Assembly (NCBI RefSeq): GCF_030144855.1
Contig: NC_082729.1
Location: 12,462,001 to 12,526,000, forward strand
Reading direction: 5' to 3'
Origin: Hypanus sabinus
Lineage: Eukaryota
Length of the DNA: 64,000 nt
This document shows positions 1 to 13,221 of this stretch, one piece after another. The notes under the pieces were generated by a model that saw only the letters and a list, made by a program, of their open reading frames with translations, did no database searches and was not told where the DNA came from. Position numbers and translations under genes: made by a program. Numbering within the stretch: position 1 is the first letter of the stretch; every line of letters starts with the position of its first letter.

Positions 1-79
1 GAATGTCCTTTAATCACTGATTCTAGGGTAGTTAATTTTTGCAGGTTGTAAATAGAATTTCTGATAGAAAGTTTAAAGC

Positions 80-158
80 AGGGGTTCCAAACCTGGTGTC
101 CATAGACCCCTCGGTTAATGGTAGGGATCCATGGAATAAACAGGGTTGGGAATCCCCA
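80..158. mobile_element. ~80-bp hAT-type MITE
   Basis: Terminal inverted repeats CAGGGGTTCCAAACC...GGTTGGGAATCCCC. Second copy at 10467-10546. Confidence 0.7.
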
Positions 159-164
159 GTTAAA

Positions 165-460
165 ATAAGCTGCAGAGAGTTGTAACTCATCCACCTCCAT
201 CATGGGCACTAGCCTCCATAATATTCAGGACATCTTCCAGGAGCAATGCCTCAAAAAGGATCCCCCATCACCCAGGTCATGTCTTGTTCTCATTGCCACC
301 ATCAGGAAGGAGGTACAGAAGCCTGAAGATGCACACTCAACGATTCAGGAACAACTTCTTTCCCTCTGCCATCCAATTTCTGAATGGACATTGAACCATG
401 AACACTACCTCACTAACTTTTATTTCTACTTTTGTGCTATTAAACCTGATTCTAATTCTA
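165..460 (+). mobile_element. Rex1/Babar-type LINE 3' fragment
   Basis: Decayed C-terminal coding remnant (ccatcaggaaggaggtacagaagcctg...ttcttccctctgccatc) and ATTCTG-type tail. The family recurs many times in the window. Confidence 0.75.
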
Positions 461-934
461 AAGCCAGGTGCAGCATAACAGGAACAACACAACATCCACA
501 GCAGCACTCCAAATGATAATTCCATCACTTTCAAATAATTTTTAAACATCCAATTACCCTTCACTTCAGAGGTAATTATCTTCTCAACAGAGTGTAGCTT
601 CATCAGCAAAATCTATTCCTGTTACCTTGCTCAAGTTGACATGGGAAATTTTCATGAAGGACATCCAGGCCTGATCTTATTCTCACCCAGAAGATTAGGA
701 GAGATGAGACTAGGAACAGGAACCATGCACATTTTCTTCTCTTTAGTGAGAGCATTGTAAATAACTCTTACTTTACTCTTGCTCCTTTGATTACTGGAAG
801 ACAAGATAGTGATCTGGGAATTTTCCTGATGTCCAAGTCTCAACTAATAAACAAACAGACATTGAATTTAAGGGGGTATATTTAATTTCCCCAGCCTGGT
901 AGATTTCAGATTGGTGGATATAGTGGTATTGCAG

Positions 935-1165
935 AGTGGAGGAAGTGGGGAAATGAGGGAAGAGAGAGAGTGGGGAGAAAGGGGAAGTGGGGGACAATAG
1001 GGAGATTGGGGAAAAGGTAATGGGGACAGAGGAGGAATGGGAGAAGGGATGAGGGAAGGGGAGTGGGGGAAGAGGGAGAGTGGGAGAAAGGGAGAAAGGG
1101 GGAAATGAGGGAAGGGGAGTGGGGGAAGAGGGAAAATGAGGGAAGAAAGGTGGCAAGGGGAGGAG
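935..1165. repeat. Purine-rich (GA) low-complexity tract
   Basis: Nearly pure G/A run. It produces the spurious Pro/Ser/Phe-rich ORF 791-1273. Confidence 0.9.
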
Positions 1166-1909
1166 TTTAAGCAAAACGCAACACCACCTGACCCAATTCA
1201 TTTTGTTTCTTGATACAGCCATCTGCATCAAGGACACATACCCCAGAGCTGGTGAGGTCAATTTAAACAACAAAACTAATTTTTACTCAAGCACAAGAGT
1301 GGCCCTTGTTACACAATCAGACTGTGCTAGAACGTAAGCCAAAGTCAAAGGAGCCTGGTAAGCTAATTTTAAAAAATGTTACAGTACTTCCTTGGAGACC
1401 AGGAGGATATTGGAGTCAATATCTTCAAAAAGATATGGCAGAAGTTGTGTGAAATAAAGAACTGTTCCCTTTAGCTACTATTTTGTTTCTAAAGATATAG
1501 CAAATTCCATATACCGATGTGAATACTCACAAGCAAACATTTTTTTTAATTACCTATTGTATGGAGTTGTTGAAGATCAGTTTTCTGTCTTCCTGATGGA
1601 TCCATTACTGGTGTGAACTGTGCTCCATTAAACACAGCTGCTTTGTTTGTTGTGGAGGCCATTTTCATGTTTCTGTGCTCAATCACTGAAGACTATTGAG
1701 GTGACTTCAGTTTGTTCACATTTCCCCTTTGATCTTGTGGAAAGAAATTATTCAATTAAAACTCTTTCAGCAGATTCTGTCCATATAAATCTGCCATAAA
1801 CCTTACAAATGCCAGCCTGTCCGCACAATAGAAGAGATACCTTGGAGGTTCCTTAAAAGTTCTGATGTTGAGTTGTAAACTTAAAATAATTACTGTAAGC
1901 AGATTTATT

Positions 1910-2245
1910 AGAGTCATAGAAAAGTACAGTAGAGACACAGGCCCTTCAGTCCATCCAGTCTGTGGTGCACCATAGCCCTCCACACCTATGCTGTCCATGT
2001 GCCTATCCAAATTTCTCTTAAATGCTGAAATTGAGCTTGCATGCACCACTTGCGCTGGCAGCTCATTCCACGCTCTCACGGTCCTCTGAGTGAAGAAGTT
2101 TCCGCTCATGTTCCCTTTAAACTTTTCACCTTTCGCCCTTAACCCATGACCTCTAGTTGTAGTCCCATCCAACCTCAGTGGAAAAAGCCTGCTTGCATTT
2201 ACCCTATCAATACCCTTCATAATTTTGGATACCTCTATCAAATCT
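1910..2245 (-). mobile_element. CR1 (HER1-like) LINE 3' end
   Basis: ORF2 C-terminal motifs TRGH.L and FFTQR.V..WN.LP in ORF 1756-2241. Confidence 0.9.
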
Positions 2246-2499
2246 TATTCAGTTGTTGAACTTTTAAACAGCAAGGACACCTTGTGGTGACATGGAAGTC
2301 TTGCTACTCTAATGGTTTGCTCACCAGAAAAGATTTGTGATCCAAAATTAAAAGATATGAGAAAGTGCTGCCTTTTACATTCTCTGAAATATAAATCTTT
2401 CAGGAGGAAAATAATTAGAACAGCAGGTGTTTTATCAAAACTATTTTGCCTCCAGAACCGTGAGCTTTCATGGGGAAAAGGTAAAGAAATCGAAGTAGC

Positions 2500-3260
2500 A
2501 CAGAAAACGGGAGCAGGAAAAGGACATTTGACATTTAAAAAACAAATAGGTTACAGAAAGAAAAAGAATTATCAACCCTTCCCCCCTCCCCTTAACCCCT
2601 CCCCCCTAACATATCCCTGTAGAAAAAAAAGAGAAAAAAAAAAGAAAGAAAGAATGCCTGGATATCGGAAGATCCCCACATGCTCCATGGAGTTCATAAT
2701 AGCTTTAATATGTATATTTATTTCTTTCCCCAGATAACCAATAATTTTATCTTCAGAGCACCTATATATTTAATCCTATTTTTTGTAAATAAGGGTGCCA
2801 AGTTTTCAGAAATATTTCATATTTATCTCTTAAATTATAAGTATTTTTTTCAAGTGGAATGCAGCTAAAAATTTCATTCTTCCAACGATCTATACTTAAG
2901 TATGAATTTGATTTCCAAGTAACTGCAATAGCCTTTTTGGCTACTGCCAATGCAATTTTTATGAATTCTTTGATATTTATTCAATTTGGATTTCGATTTT
3001 ATCTCTTCAATATCGTCTAGTAAAAATAATGTTGGATTATGTGGAAGTTGTATTCCAATAATTTGTTCCAATAAAGTTCTTAAATTTGTCCAAAAAGGTA
3101 GAATTTTAAAACAAGACCAAGTAGAGTGTAAAAATAATTCTTGATTACATCGAAAACATTGATCAGATAAATTTGAGTTTAAACTATTTATTTTTTGTGG
3201 TGTAATATATATTTGATGTAAAAAGTTATATTGCACTAATCTTAGTCAAACATTTATTAG
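2500..3260 (-). mobile_element. L1/Tx1-type LINE 3' fragment
   Basis: QYNFLH.IY.TP.K and CCHC knuckle (CFRC...H..WSC), frameshifted. Confidence 0.85.
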
Positions 3261-3577
3261 GACATTTGACACTTGCTCCATTTTCAAAGTGATTGCAAAT
3301 TGACCCATTTACTGACTTGTTCTCTTATGCTCTCCTTCATAGAGAATTCTACCCTCTGAGTGAGGAATTTTTCTGTCATCTCAATCCTAAACATCACCTT
3401 GTGTCTTGAAACAGTGACCGTTTGTTCCATACCCCTCAGTCATGGAAAATATCCTCCCCTCATCTGATCTGTCTAGCCCACTTTTCATGAGACCCCTCTC
3501 ATTGTTCAAAGTCTAGAGAATAGAGGCCAATCACTTCTCATACAACAGTCCTGACATCTCAGGAATCAGACTGATAA

Positions 3578-4789
3578 TGATCTTTTTTTTAAGGTACTTT
3601 GATGTCTTTTGACCAACTTTCTAACAAATTTAAATTACCTAAATCTAATTTTTTTAGATACTTACAAATTAGAAATTTCTTACATAAAGTTCTTCCATCT
3701 TTTCCCAATTCAACTCCATTGGATTTTTCAGATTTGATTTTCACCTTTAATCCTTGTCAGAAGGGATTAGTAGCTTTTATTTATAACATGATTATGAAGA
3801 TACAACCAGAAATATCAGATAGAATTAAACAAAAATGGGAAAAAGAACTTCGATACAATATATCAACGGATAAATGGGAAAAAATTTTGCAAATGGTTAA
3901 TTCCTCTTCTATATGTGCTAAACATGCTTTAATACAATTTAAAATTGTACATAGAGCTTATATGTCTAAAGATAAGCTTGCTCGATTCTATTCTCATATT
4001 AACCCTCAATGTGACAGATGTCATTTAGAAGTGGCTTCATTGACCCACATGTTTTGGTCATGTCCCACTTTACATAACTATTGGAAGGACATATTTAGTA
4101 CCATTTCCTCAATTTGGAATATCGATTTACAACCTCATTTTATTACTGCAATTTTTGGTATACCAATTGAGGACGGTAATCAGTTTTCCCCTCCAATCAG
4201 ACGAATGATTGCTTTTTTAACATTAATTGCCAGAAGGTCTATATTACAAAACTGGAAAGAAGTAAATCCTCCTACCACGTCTCAGTGGTTTTCTCAAACT
4301 ATTTCTTATCTGAGTTTGGAAAAAATTAGAAGCACTATTTTTGACTCATCAATTAAATTTGAGGAAACCTGTGGACCGTTCATTCGACATTTTCATATGA
4401 ATTAATTTGGCCTTTTTCAGACCCTCTCTCTGCTTATTCTTGTTCAGGTATGGAGTTCCGGAGTTTTTTCTTGACACTATCACATACTTATAAACTGTTA
4501 TTATTGCCCATGTTAGTTTAGTTTAGTGTTTTTTTTTCAATATATATTTTCCTTTATATATTTTCAAATTTTTTTTCTTTTCTTTTGATGATTATTTTTT
4601 TCATATATATTTATATAGACTTGATTGATTAATGTACTTCTTGTTTGTTGATGTTTAATAGGATATTATTATCCTATTACTAATGTAATTTCAAGTCTAT
4701 TGAATTTATAACCTATTCATTATTATGTTATGTTTTTTCTTATATATATATATGAAATTTAATAAAAAGATTGAAAAAGAAAGAAAGAA
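3578..4789 (+). mobile_element. 5'-truncated L1/Tx1-type LINE with open ORF2 C-terminus (3599-4405)
   Basis: FFRYLQIR, QFKIVHR and CDRC..HMFWSC knuckle. AATAAA at 4761, (GAAA)n tail, 10-bp TSD AGACTGATAA at 3568-3577 and 4790-4799. Confidence 0.92.
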
Positions 4790-4859
4790 AGACTGATAAA
4801 TCTCATGGCATTCTCTCCATGGCAAACACTGTATGTCTGTATATGGATATCATGGTAAA

Positions 4860-7025
4860 GAACAAAGAACTATACAGCACAGTACAGGACATTCAGCCCA
4901 CAATGTTGTGCTGACCCTTAAACCCTACCTCCCATATAACCCTCCACCTTAAATTCCTCCATATACCTGTCTAGTAGCCTCTTAAATGTCACTAGTGTAT
5001 CTGCCTCCACCACAGACTCAGGAAGTGCATTCCACACCCCAACCACTGAGTAAAAAACCTTCCTCTAATATCCCTCTTGAACTTTCTTCCCCTTACCTTA
5101 AAGCCATGTCCTCTTGTATTGAGCAGTGGTGCCCTGGGGAAGAGGCACTGGCTGTCCACTCTATCTATTCTCTTAATGTCTTGTATACCTCTATCATGTC
5201 TCCTCTCATCCTCCTTCTCTCCAGAGAGTAAAGTCCTAGCTCCCTTAATCTCTGATCATAATGCATACTCTCTAAACCAGGCACATCCTAGTAAATCTCC
5301 TTTGTACCCTTTCCAATGCCTCCACATCCTTCCTATAGTGAGGTGACCAGAACTGGAGAAAGTACTCCAAGTGTGGCCTAACCAGAATTTTATAGAGCCG
5401 CATCATTACCCCGCGACTCTTAAACTCTATCCCTTGACTTATGAAAGCTAACATTCCATGAGCTTTCTTAACTACCCTATCTACCTGTGAGGCAACTTTC
5501 AGGGATCCGTGGACATGTACCCCCAGATCCCTCTGCTCCTCCACACTACCAAGTATCCTGCCATTTACTTTGTACTCTGTCTTGGAGTTTGTCCTTTCAA
5601 AGTGTACCACCTCACACTTCTCTGGGTTGAACTCCATCTGCCGCTTCCAGCCCACTTCTGTATCCTATCAATGTTTCCCTGCAATCTTCGACCATCCTCA
5701 ACACTGTCCACAACACCACCAACCTTTGTGTCATCTGCAAACTTGCCAACTCACCCTTCTACCCCCACATCCAGGTCGTTAATAAAAGACACGAAAAGTA
5801 GAGGTCCCAGAACAGATCCTTGTGGGACACCACTAGTCACAACCCTCCAATCTGAATGTACTCCCTCCACCTCGACCCTCAGCTTTCTGCAGGCAAGCCA
5901 ATTCTGAATCCACCCAGCCAAACTTCCCTGGATCCCATGCCTTCTGACTTTCTGAATAAGCCTACCGTGTGGTACCTTGTCAAATGCCTTACTAAAATCC
6001 ATGAAGATCACATTCACTGCACTACCCCCATCTATATGCCTGGTCACCTCCTCGAAGAACTCTATCAGGCTTGTTAGACATGATCTGTCCTTCACAAAGC
6101 CATGCTGACTGTCCCTGATCAGACCATGATTCTTTAAATGCCCATAGATTCTATCTCTAAGAATCTTTTCCAACAGCTTTCCCACCACAGACATAAGGCT
6201 CACTGGTCTATAATTAGCCGAACTATCCCTACTACCTTTTTTGAATGGGCGGACAACATTTGCCTCCCTCCAATCCTCCGGTACCATTCCCATGGACAAC
6301 ATAAAGATCCTAGCCAGAGGCTCAGCAATCTCTTCCCTCGCCTCATGGAGCAGCCTGGGGAATATTCCGTCAGGCTCCAGGGACTAATCTGTCCTAATGT
6401 ATTTTAACAACTCCAACATTTCTTCTCCCTTAATATCAACATGCTCCAGAACATCAACCTCATTCATATTGTCCTCACCGTCATCAAGTTCTCTCTCATT
6501 GGTGAATACCAAAGAGAAGTATTCATTGAGGACCTCGCTCACTTCTACAGCCTCCATGTACATCTTCCCACCTTTAACTCTAATCAATCCTATCTTCACT
6601 CCTGTCAACCTTTTGTTCTTCACATAATTGAAGAATAACTGCCTTGAGATTTTCCTTTACCCTACTCGCCAAGGCCTTCTCATGCCCCCTTCTTGCTCTC
6701 CTCAGCCCTTTCTTAAGCTCCTTTCTTGCGATCCTATATTCCTCAATAGACTCATTTGATCCTTGCTTCCTAAACCTCATGTATGCTGCCTTCTTCCACT
6801 TGACTAGATTCTCCACCTCCCTTGTCACCCATGGTTCCTTCACTCTACCATTCTTTATCTTCCTCACCGGGACAAATTTATCCTTAACATCCTGCAAGAG
6901 ATCCCTAAACATCGACCACATGTCCATAGTACATTTCCCTGCAAAAACATCATCCCAATTCACATCCACAAGTTCTAGTCTTATAGCCTCATAATTTGCC
7001 CTTCCCCAATTAAAACTTTTCCTGT
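4860..7025 (-). mobile_element. CR1 LINE, RT domain to 3' end
   Basis: [32 protein letters not shown] and RPHLEY motifs across broken ORFs. Confidence 0.95.
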
Positions 7026-7029
7026 AACG

Positions 7030-7275
7030 TAGCAGTTAGTGCAACACTATTAAAGCTCAAGACATTGGCATTCAATACAGATGTCTTCTGTAAGGAGTCT
7101 GTTCCCGTGAATGCAAGGGTTCTTTCCTGGTGCTCCAGTTTTCTCCCACACTCCAAAGATGAACCAGTTAATCGGTCATCCTAAATCATCCCATGATTAG
7201 GCTGGGGTTAAATTGGGTGGCACAGCTTGAAGGGCCAGAAGGGCCTATTCGGCTCTGTTTCTCTAAATAAATAAA
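7030..7275 (+). mobile_element. HE1-like V-SINE
   Basis: tRNA-like head, V-domain (gtgctccagttttctcccacactccaaaga), CR1-like tail gaagggcct, (TAAA)n end. Confidence 0.75.
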
Positions 7276-7509
7276 AATCTTTCTTTAGATAAGAAATATC
7301 TTTTCTTAGGGTAAAAGTAACAATACAATGCAATTGACTGTGCATATTAAACAGCTAATATTTGATATTCTACAAAAAATCTATATTTAATTAGTGCTGT
7401 AGGGAAACATGGAGATGTGTGATTCTCTATCAAAGAATTAAATTGCTTTGCAAATAGTTTCAATGCAAATAAGAAGTACGGAGTTCCAAAGAACTTGTTA
7501 GCATAAATT

Positions 7510-8930
7510 TTAAAAACCAACAGTGGAAATCCTGCCTGACAAAGCTATTGGAATTCTTTGAGGAAATAACAGGCAAGATAGACAAAGGAGAGCCAGTGGA
7601 TTTTCATAAGGCCTTTGACAAGATACCACACATGAGCAACACACTCAAAATGCTGGTGGAACACAACAGGCCAGGCAGCATCTATAGGGAGAAACATCGA
7701 CAGCACTTCTCCCTATAGATGCTGCCTGTCCTGCTGCATTCCAACAGCATTTTGTATGTGTTGCTTGAACTTCCAGCATCTGCAGATTTCCTCGTGTTTA
7801 CCACACATGAGACTGATTAACAAGAGCCAATGCTATTACAGGAAAGAAACTAGAATAGATAGAAGATTGGCTGACTGCAGGAAGCAAAGCGTCAGAATAA
7901 AGGGAGCCTATTTTGGTGTTCTGTAGGGGTCAGATATTGGCATCACTTCTTTTCACATTGTGTGGCAGTGATTTGGATAATGGAATTGACAGCTTTGTCA
8001 CCAAGTTTGCAGATGATACAAAGATAGATAGAGGGGCAGGTAGTGTTGAGGAAGCAGGGAGTCTGCAGAGGGACTTAGACAGATTGGGAGAACGGGGAAA
8101 GTAATGGCAGATGGAATATAGTGTAAGGAAGTGTATAGTCAAGCACTTTGGTAGAAGGAAAAAAAGCACAGTCTATTTTCTAAATGGGAAAAAAAATTCA
8201 AAAATCAAGGTGCAAAGGGACTTGGGTGTCCTTGTGCAGGTTTCCCTAAAGGTTATTTTGCAGGTTGATTTCATGGTGAGAAAGGCAAATGCAATGTAGC
8301 ATTCATTTTAAGATGACTAGAATATAAAAACAGGGATATAATGCCAAGGCTTTATAAGGAATTGGTCATACCACACTTGGAGTATTGTGAGCAGTTTTAG
8401 GTCCCTTTATCTATGAAAAGATATACTGGCATATGAGAAGGTCCAGAGGAGGTTCATAAGAATGATTCTGGAATTGAAAGGATTATCATATGAGAAGCAT
8501 TTTTGATGGCTCTGGGCCTGTAATTACTGGAGTTTAGAAGAATGAGGGGAATCTCATTGAAACCTATTGAATATTGAAAGGCATAAATAGAGTGGATTTG
8601 GAGAGTATGTTTCCTATAGTGGAGAAAGTACAGGACCAGTGGGCACAGCCTCAGAATAGAGGAACATCCATGTAGGACAGAGATTAGGAGAAATTTCTTT
8701 AGCCAGAGGGTAGTGAATCTGTAGAATGCATTGCCATAGATGGCTATAAAAGTCAAGTCATTGAGTATATTGAAAGCTGAGTTTGATAGGCTCTTGATTA
8801 GTCAGGGTGTCAAAAGTTACAGGGAGTTGGCAAGAGAATGGGCATTAATAAATTGGCCATGATGGAATGGTGGAGGAGGTTCAATAGGCCAAATGGCCTA
8901 ATTCTGCTTCTATGTCTTATGGCCTAATAA
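7510..8930 (+). mobile_element. Degraded CR1 LINE RT-3' fragment interrupted by a Penelope mini-element
   Basis: KFADDTK, RDLGVLV and 3' UTR motifs. Confidence 0.85.
7637..7798. mobile_element. Fold-back Penelope pLTR mini-element
   Basis: Inverted arms 7637-7692 and ~7706-7763. 13-bp direct repeat TACCACACATGAG at 7624-7636 and 7799-7811. Confidence 0.8.
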
Positions 8931-9047
8931 AATGCTGCTTATCTGACACTATGTGATTGTGCTGCTGCTGCAAGTAAACTTTTCATTGCACCTGCGCATT
9001 CATGTACTTTTGCATTTGAAATTAAAGTCAACTTTGAAACTATTCAT

Positions 9048-9922
9048 GTCAAGGAGGAAGAGTATAGGAAACTGATACAGGACTTTGTGATATGGTGCAA
9101 CTCAAACTACCTGCGTCTCAATATCACCAAGACCAAGGAGATGGTGGTGGACTTTAGGAGACCTAGGCCTCATATGGAGCCAGTGATCATTAATGGAGAA
9201 TGTGTGGAGCAGGTTAAGACATACAAGTATTTGGGAGTGCAGTTAGACGAGAAGCTAGACTGGACTGCCAACACAGATGCCCTGTGCAGGAAAGCAGAGT
9301 CGACTGTACTTCCTCAGAAGGCTGGCGTCATTCAATGTTTGTAGTGAGATGCTGAAGATGTTCTATCGGTCAGTTGTGGAGAGCGCCCTCTTCTTTGTGG
9401 TGGCATGCTGGGGAGGCAGCATTAAGAAGAGGGACGCCTCACGTCTTAATAAGCTGGTAAGGAAGGCGGGTTCTGTCGTGGGTACTGGAGAGAGGAAGAG
9501 AGGAAGGCGCTGAGGAGGCTACGGTCAATCATGGAAAACTCTGAACATCCTCTGCACAGCACCATCCAGAGACAGAGAAGCAGCTTCAGCGGCAGGTTGC
9601 TGTCAATGCAATGCTCCTCAGACAGGATGAAGAGATCATTACTCCCCAACGCCATTCGGTTCTACAATTCAACCACCAGGAGCAAGACATGTTAAAGTGC
9701 CGGGGTTAGGACTGAGCTTAAGTTACCACTCAATGCACTTTAGTAAACTATTTAAGAACTTTTCAAAAGCTATTTATTAATGCTTTTTGGGTGATTTTAG
9801 ATGCATATCATATTTATACTGAGTTAAATACTGTATGTAATTAGTTTTGCTACAATAAGTGTATGGGACACTGGAAAAATGTTGAATTTCCCCTTGGGGA
9901 TGAATAAAGTATCTATCTATCT
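9048..9922 (+). mobile_element. Rex1/Babar LINE 3' part
   Basis: LNITKTKEMVVDFRR, YKYLGV.LD and RLYFLRRL motifs. AATAAA followed by (TATC)n tail. Confidence 0.9.
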
Positions 9923-10466
9923 AAGTGTTCCACAACTCCCTCAGATGTGGCTTTCAAAATATTTTATGTGCATATTTTATGTGACTCTGCAGTCACTTTA
10001 GAATTTGTGTTGGACAACATATTGAGTTATTGACAATATATTGAGCTATCTGATGACTGTGCTTTTTTGGTAACAGTTTCAGGGTTGGATTAATGAGTAA
10101 AGGATGAAAAGTAAAACATACTATCAAGGATCCTGTCCACATGATAGTTGTTCCTTGAAGGGATAGGAAATTGTTTAATGGTTTATTTCTGTGCTGTATA
10201 AGGAAAATGGGCCCATGAAAATGGTGGGGAGGTGGGAGAATGGAGTAGAATTAATATACAAATATTTTCATCTTGACTGATATATTTCATCATGCTTTCT
10301 TTAGGGAATATTTTGAACCTCTGTCTCTCTTGCTCTCTCCTGCACAGTTGCAAACACACCAGCGAAAAATCACAAGTATCCACATGAAAGGTAGATACAA
10401 AGTCCATGTACTCAAGGACTCAAGGAGCAACCTCTCTGAACATGCAAAATCCAGAAGATCCAGAGC

Positions 10467-10546
10467 AGAGGTTCCCAACCTGGGGTCCACGGACTCCTCA
10501 GTTAATGTCAGGGGTCCATGGTATACAAAAGGTTGGGAACCCCTGA
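10467..10546. mobile_element. ~80-bp hAT-type MITE (second copy)
   Basis: TIRs CAGAGGTTCCCAACCT / AGGTTGGGAACCCCTG, internal sequence similar to 80-158. Confidence 0.75.
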
Positions 10547-11101
10547 TCTTAACGAAGAGGTACATTCTCAGAGCTTCCATCTCTGCCTGTCTCTTCAGGT
10601 GTACCAAAAAGATTCTACAGTGGTATTTTGCATAGCTCATCTTATGTCCTGGCTAATTTCCATCTCCATTCTCCTGCAAATACCATCAAAAACAGATTTG
10701 GTGATCAGTTAGTGAATCTTCTGTTTGCCAGAACTATCTGAAAACATATTTTCATTCACAGTAACTTACAAATAATTTTGATAGAAAGTAGTTAAATGTG
10801 AAGCACCTGGATCTTTTTGAATTTTTCACATCAATTTGTAAAACATAATTTCATTCCTTTTTTAAACTTCTTGGTAACACAGTAAATTCTCCTGAGCCAC
10901 TGACCAGCTCAAGTTTGCCGTCATCCAGAATTATTTCAAATTTCCACTATATTCATCACCACCTTATTACAAAATCCTAGAACACTTGTGTCACAGAAGT
11001 AAAATAAATGGGTGTTAATATTTATTGCTTTATTTACAATGAAATTTTGACATTAAAATAGTTTTATTTCTCTTCTTGAAGATGAGCACTACCTGGCAAT
11101 T

Positions 11102-11615
11102 TTCAAGTCAAGTGAAGTTTATTGTAGATATATACCGCTAAACGAGACGTCCTTTCTCTGGACCAGGGTGTAAAGTACAGTAGTACACATAACACACATA
11201 TAACACAAAATAACTTATGAAAGTAGGGATCAAATCTACCGATAAATTACACATAAATAAACAATGCAAAGTGTAGTAATTAAATATTGTAAGGTATATA
11301 ACAGATTAACCCGTGACACTTCAAATGCAATGCAGCACGGAGTTCAGAAGCCTAATGGCTTGAGGGAAGGAACTGTTTCCCACCCTGACTGTTTTTGTTT
11401 TTATGCGTCTGAGTCTCCTGCCTGATGGTAGGAAGTCAAGGAGGATGCTGGATGGATGGGTGAGATGCTTAATAATACTAAGGGCCCTGCGTACACAGCG
11501 CTCCTGATAAATGTCTCTGATGGATGATAGGGAGACCCCTTTGATCCTTTCAGCTGTTTTCACAATCCTTTGGAGGGACTTGCAGACCAATGCTTGGCTA
11601 CTCCCATACCAGATG
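11102..11615 (-). mobile_element. Rex1/Babar LINE 3' fragment
   Basis: WYG...LQRIVKTAE.I.G and LPSGRR..SFPQAIRLLN motifs, (CTTGA)n tail. Confidence 0.85.
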
Positions 11616-12184
11616 GACATTCTTAGTGGAGAAAGTAAGACCTGTAACATCTGCATGCACACGAATGCGCTTGCACTTGCTGTACACAGCCATGGACTGC
11701 TTCATTTGCTGAGGAATTGTAACTGGAGTTAAGTTAAGCATGCAGGATGAAAGCTCATTGCTGAAGATGGCTGTGCCCAGAACAGGGGCCTGAAGAATTC
11801 TCACTGTGACGTCCTGGGACAGGGAGGACTGATGTCCAACGAGATTACAGAGTTACGACTCCAGCCACTACTTTCCCTTAGAAGCCCACTGATTACAACT
11901 TTGCCAGACTGCCTAGATGCCACACTAGATCACATGATGCCTTGGACAGTCCTTTTAATAATCTAGGACAAAGATGTTTGTGTCAAGGCTGTGATGACAT
12001 TTGGAGCTGAGAGATCCTGGCAAATCAGAAACTGAGCACCATTTGGCAAAAGGCAATTGCTAATGCTGTTGATGGTGGACTTCCTTCACTTGGGCTGTGA
12101 TTAGATGATAATCACCTGGATTGGTTAGTTCTGCTTTTTGTGGTACCTGGGTAACTTTCTACATTATCAGGTAGATAACAGTGT

Positions 12185-12415
12185 TATTTATTTATTTATT
12201 TGTTTGTTTGTTTGTTGAGTTACAGCACTGAATAGGCTCTTTGAGCTGTGCCATCTGGCATCCCTCAATTTAACCCTAGCCTAATCATGGGGCAATTTAC
12301 AACAATCAATTAACCTACTAACCGGTCCATCTTTGGACTGTGGGAGGAAACCGGAGCAACTGGAAGAAACCCACAAGGTGACGAAGAGAATGTACAAACT
12401 CCTTACAGGAAGTAC
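12185..12415 (-). mobile_element. HE1-like V-SINE
   Basis: Reverse V-domain ctttggactgtgggaggaaaccggagca with (TTTA)n tail. Confidence 0.8.
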
Positions 12416-12894
12416 AGGAACAGTATGGTTAAAGACACACTTCCAGATCAAAAGCAAGATCATTTTAGGTCCCTTATCCCATACTATATCCAGTACTTGA
12501 AATGATTTCTTGATAAACATCTGAAACTTAACTAAATTGGCTTCTGTCATGGTAGGGATCACAGGAGGAAGTCAAGGTTAGTATCATAAGGGAAGCGGGA
12601 ATTCATTGAATATCCCTTTGCAATTTCCACATGACATTGTGACCTGAAACATACCATGTAATGCTGTGTGTTTCAGAAATACCAGGTACTGTATTACTGA
12701 ACATTAGTGAGCAAAGATTTGTTCACTCAAACATGAAGCTGCATTTTTCCATTTGATGTGGCAACCCGCTTTGAAGGCACCATTTTGGTATGCCTGGGCA
12801 TCCTGTTCAGGGCAGCATTCTTCAAAACAAAAAGTAAGTTAAGGAAAAATGCAGATTTCTGCTAAATGTTCACTCCAACTATTTTCAGTTCCTC

Positions 12895-13165
12895 ATTTAG
12901 AGATACAGCCTGGAACAGGCCCTTCCAGCCCAGCAACTCCCCTATTTAACCCTAGCATAATCACAGGACAATTTACAATAATCAATTAACCCACTAACTG
13001 GTACATCTTTGGACTGCAGAAGGAAAGTGGAGCACCCAGAGGAAACCCACATGTTTATGGAGATGACATACAAACTCCTTACAAGCGGTGTCTGAATTAA
13101 CTCTGAACTCCAATGCCCTGAGCAGTAATAGCGCCTTGCAAACTTCTACGCTTCCATTTCGCCCT
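12895..13165 (-). mobile_element. HE1-like V-SINE
   Basis: Same family as 12185-12415. Confidence 0.8.
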
Positions 13166-13221
13166 GTCATGCGGAATTTAACTCAGGTTGCTTTTTTTTT
13201 TTAAAAAAAAACATGTGATAT

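Noticed and set aside
626-843. Minus-strand exon-like segment with acceptor and donor
   Set aside because: All three frames contain stops and no homology is recognised; could be non-coding but is unsupported.
791-1273. 160-aa Pro-rich ORF
   Set aside because: Artefact of the GA-rich low-complexity tract.
1219-1474. Possible plus-strand mini-exons (ICIKDTYPRA; YFLGDQEDIGVNIFKKIWQKLCEIKNCSL*)
   Set aside because: Short, phases do not join into a recognisable protein, and splice sites are plausible by chance.
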